DNA of 64,000 nucleotides from Babesia bigemina (Eukaryota): NCBI RefSeq assembly GCF_000981445.1, contig NC_027218.1, positions 3,224,001 to 3,288,000 of the forward strand, read 5' to 3'. Shown piece by piece: positions 57,550 to 64,000 of this stretch (position 1 is its first letter; each line of letters starts with the position of its first letter). The notes under the pieces were generated by a model. It saw only the letters and a program-made list of their open reading frames with translations, ran no database searches and was not told where the DNA came from. The position numbers and the translations under genes were made by a program.

Positions 57550-58485
57550 ATGGTATACAATTCTTTGACTGATATCCCTCGTAACCTCAAGGAGGGCATT
57601 GACTGGTTGATCGCCCTGAAGGGAACTGATGGTGAAAAGAACTTGGCGGCCATGGGTGCCGCAGTCTACAATTTTCTAGCACCGTGTCTTCCTGAACGTG
57701 TTGCAGAAGAAGTTGTGGGTGACGCCGCAAAGGGTGTCTTAAACAACCCTGTAGGCAACCCCGCTGACTCCAAGCCATTTCTAGCTCTCGAGCATATAAA
57801 GCTTATTTCCATGGGGTACATGTGGCAAAAGGAGCTTAGGGAATTGTGGCCCGCGAACGTGATGCTAAAGTTATTCATCAAGTTTATCGATAAGAAACCC
57901 AGCGAGCTCGCTAACACCATAAAAGACAATCCTGAAACGGTCACCGAGAAATTAGGTAAAATTGTGAATGGTTGCGAGAAGTTCGTCAGTGATATAAAGC
58001 ACCCTGAGCAGTACAAATCTGCTTACGGCAAAAACGCGACGTGGGTTAAATCATGTTCACAAAACCCAGAAGACTGCGCGGCGGTTTTCGTGGGGATTGC
58101 TCCGATGCTATACGTAGGCCTAGAATCCTTGCGCGATGCGAGCCAAGATGCAAAAAAAGCCGAGCCTAGTGAGGCAGGAGAGAATTTTAGAAAGGTACTG
58201 AAAGCGGTAGGTCTCAAGGATCGAGGATCTAGCAATGATAGTTCGGATCTAGACGAAGCGCAGAACCGTTTGGGAGAGGTATTGCAGGCCATGGGTTACG
58301 AGCAGCGTAGAATCCGCGATAGTATGCGTGGTTCGTATGTCCTCCAATCTTTAAGCGTTTTAGATCATGATCTATTGAACAGCCTTTACGACATCTCTGG
58401 ATTTGATGTTACTATTGAGTGGGGATTGCGAAAGTCTAAAAGCAAATCGACAACAAACGTTTCTGCCTATTGGCCCGCATTATAG
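57550..58485 (+). CDS. short ves2-like protein (ves N-terminal domain only)
   Basis: MVYNSLTDIPRNLKEGIDWLIAL matches the ves N-terminal SLTxxPxNLKEAIDW motif; CAAVFVGIAPMLY; 311 aa, no C-terminal TM. Confidence 0.8.
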   Translation: MVYNSLTDIPRNLKEGIDWLIALKGTDGEKNLAAMGAAVYNFLAPCLPERVAEEVVGDAAKGVLNNPVGNPADSKPFLALEHIKLISMGYMWQKELRELWPANVMLKLFIKFIDKKPSELANTIKDNPETVTEKLGKIVNGCEKFVSDIKHPEQYKSAYGKNATWVKSCSQNPEDCAAVFVGIAPMLYVGLESLRDASQDAKKAEPSEAGENFRKVLKAVGLKDRGSSNDSSDLDEAQNRLGEVLQAMGYEQRRIRDSMRGSYVLQSLSVLDHDLLNSLYDISGFDVTIEWGLRKSKSKSTTNVSAYWPAL

Positions 58486-58877
58486 CCACCATGCGAATTT
58501 TGAATAAGCATTTCAAATGAATGAAATGTCGCTATATTCTGATTTTTGCGTGCAATCTTCATCCACAACACAGCATCCGTCATGACCAAAAACGTACTCA
58601 TTGGTGTATAGTGAGTCGCATTCAGCAGGCAATTTTGTGGCATGCCTTTCAGCGTCATACGCAGCAGTGTCAGTCTATTCGATAGATACGGAGTGGATAT
58701 CCGCAATTTACACCACAGCGCTAGTAGTAAGCCCTGGGTAAACTCGTAAATATGCCTATGCCAACTGCCTCCATGTAGAGCACCATATAATCTAAAAAAC
58801 GACAAACAATACATCAATCGTATTTACAAAGTCTTATTTTGTCATAGCGTTGTTACAAAGGATAACTGCAGTTTGTG

Positions 58878-60305
58878 TTATGTTTCGGTGCCTAAGTACA
58901 TCACAAAGTGCGAATCCCCATTATTTTTGACGTTTAGAGCTACATTGGGATATAAGAAGAATGCATCACCCAGTCCTGTAGGCACCTGTTCTTCGGCGGA
59001 AGCAGTCGCCACCTCGTCTTTACCTTTCTCTGCTAATCCATAACTCACGTTAACTTCATCATTGGTCTCCACTATTATACACAAAAACGGCCGCGTTCCG
59101 TTGTTAAATGAGTGGGAAACATGAGTCTTGGGCGGTACCTCGAATAACCAGACGGCAAATTTGCAAAGCGGATGCAGAGGACGGTAGATCGTGACATAGG
59201 GTGATGTCTTTTCCGGAGTCACTGTATTGACATGCTGTGGAAACGCATCGCCTCTTCGTACCTCAACCTCCACGAGCTCCATGACAGCTTTGGTGTCAGT
59301 AGCCTTGGAGGTAAGCCCGCAACGGATCACGTTGTCGCTGTTGTTCATCAGTTCCAAGCAGTTCCCACTTATGTAGCTGTGGAGAACGTTTGGAGGTATG
59401 AAAAACGCTTCACCACGCTGTATTTCTACACAGTTCAGAACGAAAGCAAAGGAAACGCAAATGTCCTTGCCATATTGGTCGTTTAGTGTGATCATGACCT
59501 GCTCTGATATGTCATGATCCGTCCTTTCCTTCACCAATTTCACGAGTTCCTCGATGACATTAATTTCACCTTGCTCTAGAAGCAAACGCCGGCACAACTT
59601 CGCATAGATGGCACCGACTTCCGCTGGTTTCGCTTGTCTCATACATTCCAAAACATCAGTCCCTATCATGCTCGCAAATGGCGGGTAGCGCTCCGCGTAC
59701 CGTATAATTTCGCTCAGTGGCCTCAATCCGCACATGGCCCGGAATGTGCTGAGAGCCACACTCATTTCAGGCTTTGCCTGGCAATCCACAATGCTCGGAT
59801 GCTTCTGCGCAAACATTTTCAATGCCGTGTCTGGGTCCGGGTGTATTTGCAGGCTCAGCGGCTTTGCGATGGAGAGAACTTTCAGCAGTATGGGGACTCC
59901 ATTGTTTTCTTGCCCAAACAGCTGCATTCCCATGCGTTTGTATACGGCAGATAGCCTTTCTCCTTGCCCGTTGCTTGGCGTGAATCCTTGTGTGACTCCT
60001 TTGGTAGATGAGGTGGATGGTGAACCGGTACTTCCATGCTCAGGCCCATCCGTGGCCTCTTGTACACGACTAGCGCATGGAACACGTGTCTTAAGGTCGA
60101 TTACGATGCAAGGAGCGGAGTCATGATCGCCAACCCACAGCTCGGCGTAGGGTGTGTTGCCGGCTTCGTCTGCCGGCGGTGTGGAAGGAAGCCCTGCGAC
60201 GTGGGAGTATAGGCGGTACACCAACGATGACCGTGCCGGAGCTCCCCAATCATAGTTGCGGACAACCGGCTTTATCCGGTAGATACATTGCGATGAGTGT
60301 TCCAT
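58878..60305 (-). CDS. MPI: mannose-6-phosphate isomerase (type I)
   Basis: YDWG, YAELWVGDH, LLKVLSIAKPLSLQIHPD, KPEM, LHSYISGNCLELMNNSDNVIRCGLT. Confidence 0.96.
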   Translation of the reverse strand: MEHSSQCIYRIKPVVRNYDWGAPARSSLVYRLYSHVAGLPSTPPADEAGNTPYAELWVGDHDSAPCIVIDLKTRVPCASRVQEATDGPEHGSTGSPSTSSTKGVTQGFTPSNGQGERLSAVYKRMGMQLFGQENNGVPILLKVLSIAKPLSLQIHPDPDTALKMFAQKHPSIVDCQAKPEMSVALSTFRAMCGLRPLSEIIRYAERYPPFASMIGTDVLECMRQAKPAEVGAIYAKLCRRLLLEQGEINVIEELVKLVKERTDHDISEQVMITLNDQYGKDICVSFAFVLNCVEIQRGEAFFIPPNVLHSYISGNCLELMNNSDNVIRCGLTSKATDTKAVMELVEVEVRRGDAFPQHVNTVTPEKTSPYVTIYRPLHPLCKFAVWLFEVPPKTHVSHSFNNGTRPFLCIIVETNDEVNVSYGLAEKGKDEVATASAEEQVPTGLGDAFFLYPNVALNVKNNGDSHFVMYLGTET

Positions 60306-60648
60306 GGTCCGTTAAATTCCTTGCCGCGCCGGCTGTCGCGTCACGTGCCCGGGTATCGGCAAAATGATGAATGCACAACAACCCGATCGCGAAATACACG
60401 AGATTATAAAAATACGGCCCTTGGTAGCACCGCAATAGCGTGGCTTTACGCGTCCTTCGCACCAGCGGGATGTTGGCCTCAGACACGAACCGTGGTGGGC
60501 ATTGGCACTATTATTTTGCCGCCTTCCAGATAAAAAATTATTATTGACGTCGATTGTGCGGATATGTGACCGGTACCACGTTAGGTTGAACGACTCTTGG
60601 ATGGCGCTTACCTCGTGACCGTCGCTGGTTGTCTCGGCCGTGTGTACA

Positions 60649-62730
60649 ATGGACGCGAACAAGGCGGTTTTGCCGTCGGCATCGTCTGCAGCCGGCGCTG
60701 CGTCTGCGGCGTCAAAGATGCCTCGCTACACCTATTATCTGTCCAACTATCAGTACCTGGCTCCTTCGGTGAATCACACGTTTTCTGCGGATGACGACAA
60801 GAGCCACAGCCTTTCCCCGAAATTCGGCACTGATGCCACGTGCGACGATGCTTCTTCGACCTTCGGTGATCCCCAGCCTTCTTACGTCGGACCTGCGCTG
60901 CTGTCTAGCCATACCCAGGCCACCGCCCACGTTGGCGTCGTTACCAGTGGAAGGTCAATGGCTTCCGAGAGTAACTACGGGATGGGCGAGATCTCTCCAC
61001 GTTTCGGCAGGTCTGAAGGTACAAGCTCGTCGTCTGATCGCCGGATTGGGAGCAAGGTTGGCTCCGTTGACGCGGAAGATGAACTCGGCTGCGCCAGCGT
61101 TGCTGATGAGTACAGCGGCGACTTCTCCGAGGCGTCCGCGCGTATGGAGGAACAGCGCAACCTTAATACCGGTTTGTACATGGGCCACCCACTAGCTGCG
61201 AAGATGGAGCGCTGGATGGCAAAGTACGCGTGCGGCAACATGGAGGAGTTTCGTCGGAGGCAGAAGGAGCACATGCGCACCCTTTGGCGCGGCACCAACC
61301 GTGGCGAATCGTTAGACGAATTTCCCATTCGTTGTGTGTTCCCCTGGGGCGAGACTGCGTCGGAGGGAAACTTCGATCCGCTGTACATCAAGGTAGGGGA
61401 CGTGCTTGTGCGTCGTTATTATGTATCTGAAATTTTGGGCAACACGGCGTTTTCTGTGGTTCTGCGCGCCCGGGACGACCGCGATGGTGGAGAGGTGTGC
61501 TTGAAGATAAGCATGCCAGACACGGTGAACCAAGCCATCGATGAGATCAACCTGCTGAAGATCCTCAACACCACCAACCCTAAAGAATCGCGGGCGATAG
61601 TGCAACTAAAAGATTATTTCTACTACAAGGGGTGCGTGTTTTTGATCCTTGAGATTCTGGGACCAAATCTGTACGAATCCTCACGGGAGTTGTACAGGAG
61701 GTGCAAGGGTCCTATGTGTATGCCCGGCGAGCGGCCCCCTAGGATGGTCCCCGCTGAGAAGGCAGGGTGGTCGTTGAGTACCATCCGCAAGGTCACCGTG
61801 GACATTCTTAGGTCGTTAAAGTACATGCACAGTTTGGGTATCATCAACTGTGATCTGAAGCCGGAGAACATCGTGCTGAACAACGGTTTGGAGTCGCCTA
61901 TCGTGAAGCTGATCGACTTCGGCTCTAGCTGCTACATTCAAGAGCGCCTGAACAATTACGTGCAGAGCCGCTCATACCGCGCGCCTGAGGTGATTCTGGG
62001 CCTCCCCTACGACACGCAGATCGACCTTTGGAGTTTGGGGTGCGTGCTGTGCGAGATGTACATGCAGCGCATCTTGTTCCCCAGCGACAACAACGCAACG
62101 TTGATGGCGTCGATGATAAGTCTCCTGGGTGTGCCGCCGGTTTACCTCCTGGAACACAAGATGAACAGCACATTCATGGTGCTGCCGAACGGCAACGTAG
62201 CGGACTTGGGCGTGAGCTCCGACATCCTCAAAGGCCAGCAAAAGGCGATGCACTCCGATTATCAGTCGTCGTTGCAGTGCAACATCTCCGTGAGCAACTC
62301 CTCTCGCGGCTCGGCTGTTGGAGCGCAGCTGGGTAGCAAGGCCGACATCAACATGCATGCCGACTACGACTCCATGATTGACCTGAACGAAAGCAACGAC
62401 TCCAACGGATCCCCGGAGTACACGAACATAACGCCGCGGAAGTACTCCATAATGCAGGAAGCGGTGGTGTCGCGGCGCAGCGGCGTTGCCCGTCTGCACC
62501 GGGTGAATAAGGGCATAAAACTAGACTTTGGGCACGGCCGATCCAAGGCGAAGTGCGTGCGTATTATCGAGCCTTCTAGGTGTTCAATCGATGAGATGCT
62601 CAGCACATCAACTTCACCCGCGCTGGAAGCCTTCGGCGACTTCATCAAGGGGCTGTTGCAGTACGATCCGCTGGAGCGTCTGACAGCTTCCACCGCGCTT
62701 TCGCACAGGTTTATAACCCAATTGCAGTAA
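60649..62730 (+). CDS. CMGC kinase, DYRK-like
   Basis: VCLK, NCDLKPEN, KLIDFGSS, YVQSRSYRAPEVILG, IDLWSLGC. Confidence 0.92.
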   Translation: MDANKAVLPSASSAAGAASAASKMPRYTYYLSNYQYLAPSVNHTFSADDDKSHSLSPKFGTDATCDDASSTFGDPQPSYVGPALLSSHTQATAHVGVVTSGRSMASESNYGMGEISPRFGRSEGTSSSSDRRIGSKVGSVDAEDELGCASVADEYSGDFSEASARMEEQRNLNTGLYMGHPLAAKMERWMAKYACGNMEEFRRRQKEHMRTLWRGTNRGESLDEFPIRCVFPWGETASEGNFDPLYIKVGDVLVRRYYVSEILGNTAFSVVLRARDDRDGGEVCLKISMPDTVNQAIDEINLLKILNTTNPKESRAIVQLKDYFYYKGCVFLILEILGPNLYESSRELYRRCKGPMCMPGERPPRMVPAEKAGWSLSTIRKVTVDILRSLKYMHSLGIINCDLKPENIVLNNGLESPIVKLIDFGSSCYIQERLNNYVQSRSYRAPEVILGLPYDTQIDLWSLGCVLCEMYMQRILFPSDNNATLMASMISLLGVPPVYLLEHKMNSTFMVLPNGNVADLGVSSDILKGQQKAMHSDYQSSLQCNISVSNSSRGSAVGAQLGSKADINMHADYDSMIDLNESNDSNGSPEYTNITPRKYSIMQEAVVSRRSGVARLHRVNKGIKLDFGHGRSKAKCVRIIEPSRCSIDEMLSTSTSPALEAFGDFIKGLLQYDPLERLTASTALSHRFITQLQ

Positions 62731-62851
62731 CTAGCGTCTAATGCCTGTTTATGTGCTTGTTTGACCACCGTCGCGTTGGAAGGCGTCGCGGTACACACTG
62801 CGTCGGCCGTCCCCGGTTAGTCCCATTGCCTAGAATGTGACCGACTTTTCG

Positions 62852-64000
62852 ATGGACAACCACCAGGCCACTGTCTACTTGCCTGCCGAAGACTATCGCA
62901 GGGTTTGCGCGGGTGACGACAGCCGCCTGCTGGTAGGCTGGCACATCCCCGTTCTTCGGTCGACGGTGGCCATCTCCTCCTACCCATCGTGCCAGGTATT
63001 TGCCAGTAGCATGTGATCATATTGCATTTTCAGGAACGCTCCTTGCGCTGCGCGTTGCAGGAGCTGGCGGAGCTGCCGACGCTTCGCCACGAATTTTGTA
63101 GACACGGTAATTTGCGTATCCTGGACATATCCCTGACACGCGAACATGGCGGCATTTGTATGCAAAGGTGAGCCTATATCTGTTCTGTATGATGTGTGCC
63201 AGTTCGGACGGCAATCGCGAGCCTGTTCAAGTGGTCAAGTATGCCGTGGAGGACTTCGGCGTGGTGTCGTTCGCCGAGCTGCTCACCATCTGTGCCGCTA
63301 GGCAGGAACGTATAGATGCGCATGATGGTGGACTGCCGCGCCAGATGAGGCTGAGCAGCTACTTGATCACCGGATGTGCGCTGTTGGAATACCTGGATAC
63401 CCAGATGCATGCCAGGATTGCCGAGTCCGATGTGCCCAAGGGCTCCGGCGATCTGGCCGCATTCCCACCAGCCCACAGAAAACGGCATACTCGATGTGAA
63501 ATCGCAGTGAACGTTGTCTGCCAGTGGATGGTTCAGCTCGTGCTTTACATGTCCCTGTGCGCGCAGTGGGTGCTCTCCGCAGCATCCGTGGTCCGCTGCA
63601 AGCCCCTGCACAGAACCCTCAATCAGCTGACTATAGTGTCGGTGATATCGAAGCGCCTCACTCAGATGCAACAGTGGCAGGAGCGCTACCGTGAGCTCTA
63701 CCTGCAGGACGGTATGTGTCGCTATGGCGTATGGCAATGCTTTCAGACATCGTCGACTACCTCGACGCCCGACACAGCCTGCGCCAGAGCGCCTGGTCAG
63801 TCGTCACCGATGTGCTAGTGGGTGTTTTGCAAGTCCTGTTTTTCCGGAGAACCGTGGTGTACGCAGTGAACTATGTGCGTGCCGCGCTTCGGGAGGTGTA
63901 CGTATCGACTTTCAAGTACGTTTTTCCGGCGCGTAGTTTCCGCACAAATGCACAGGTATACGTCGTACCACTTCGCCATGCGCATCGGCAAATACTGCAA
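62852..64000 (+). CDS. probable GPI-GlcNAc transferase component GPI1/PIG-Q-like (multi-exon, 3' end outside window)
   Basis: Spliced MDNHQATVYLP...LLVGW.../ERSLRCALQEL.../SSDG...hydrophobic helix...VISKRLTQMQQWQERY. The gene structure is clear; the family assignment rests on weak motifs. Confidence 0.4.

Overview
Gene-dense eukaryotic DNA from a piroplasm. It is most consistent with Babesia of the B. bigemina/B. ovata group (inferred from short ~33-40 nt GT-AG introns, ApiAP2, RAP and 6-Cys genes, and ves-like genes). 1-43.8 kb is a GC-rich housekeeping block: ABCE1 (partial), RRP36, two RAP-domain proteins, SF-assemblin-like, SRP68, NAC-alpha, RsmE, RPC31-like, TBCD, NSE1, PheRS-beta, ApiAP2, RabGGT-alpha, Sec7 ARF-GEF and EF-Ts. 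About 43.8-58.9 kb is an AT-richer multigene-family island: a 6-Cys gene, two small Cys-rich membrane protein paralogs, orphan TM/tail repeats, a truncated ves-like gene and a short ves2-like gene. Housekeeping genes then resume (PMI, DYRK-like kinase, probable GPI1). Highlights: (i) a gene with two aegerolysin/Cry34-like domains fused to an apparently inactive Swt1-like HEPN domain; (ii) NQGKKAEGAQ decapeptide repeats matching mammalian RRBP1/p180 inside a ves-like antigen; (iii) a mini Cys-rich TM family with a tandemly duplicated exon-intron 5' leader; (iv) operon-like junctions (ATGA overlap, 6-nt gap). All calls come from reading motifs and splice sites by eye; no database searches were run.
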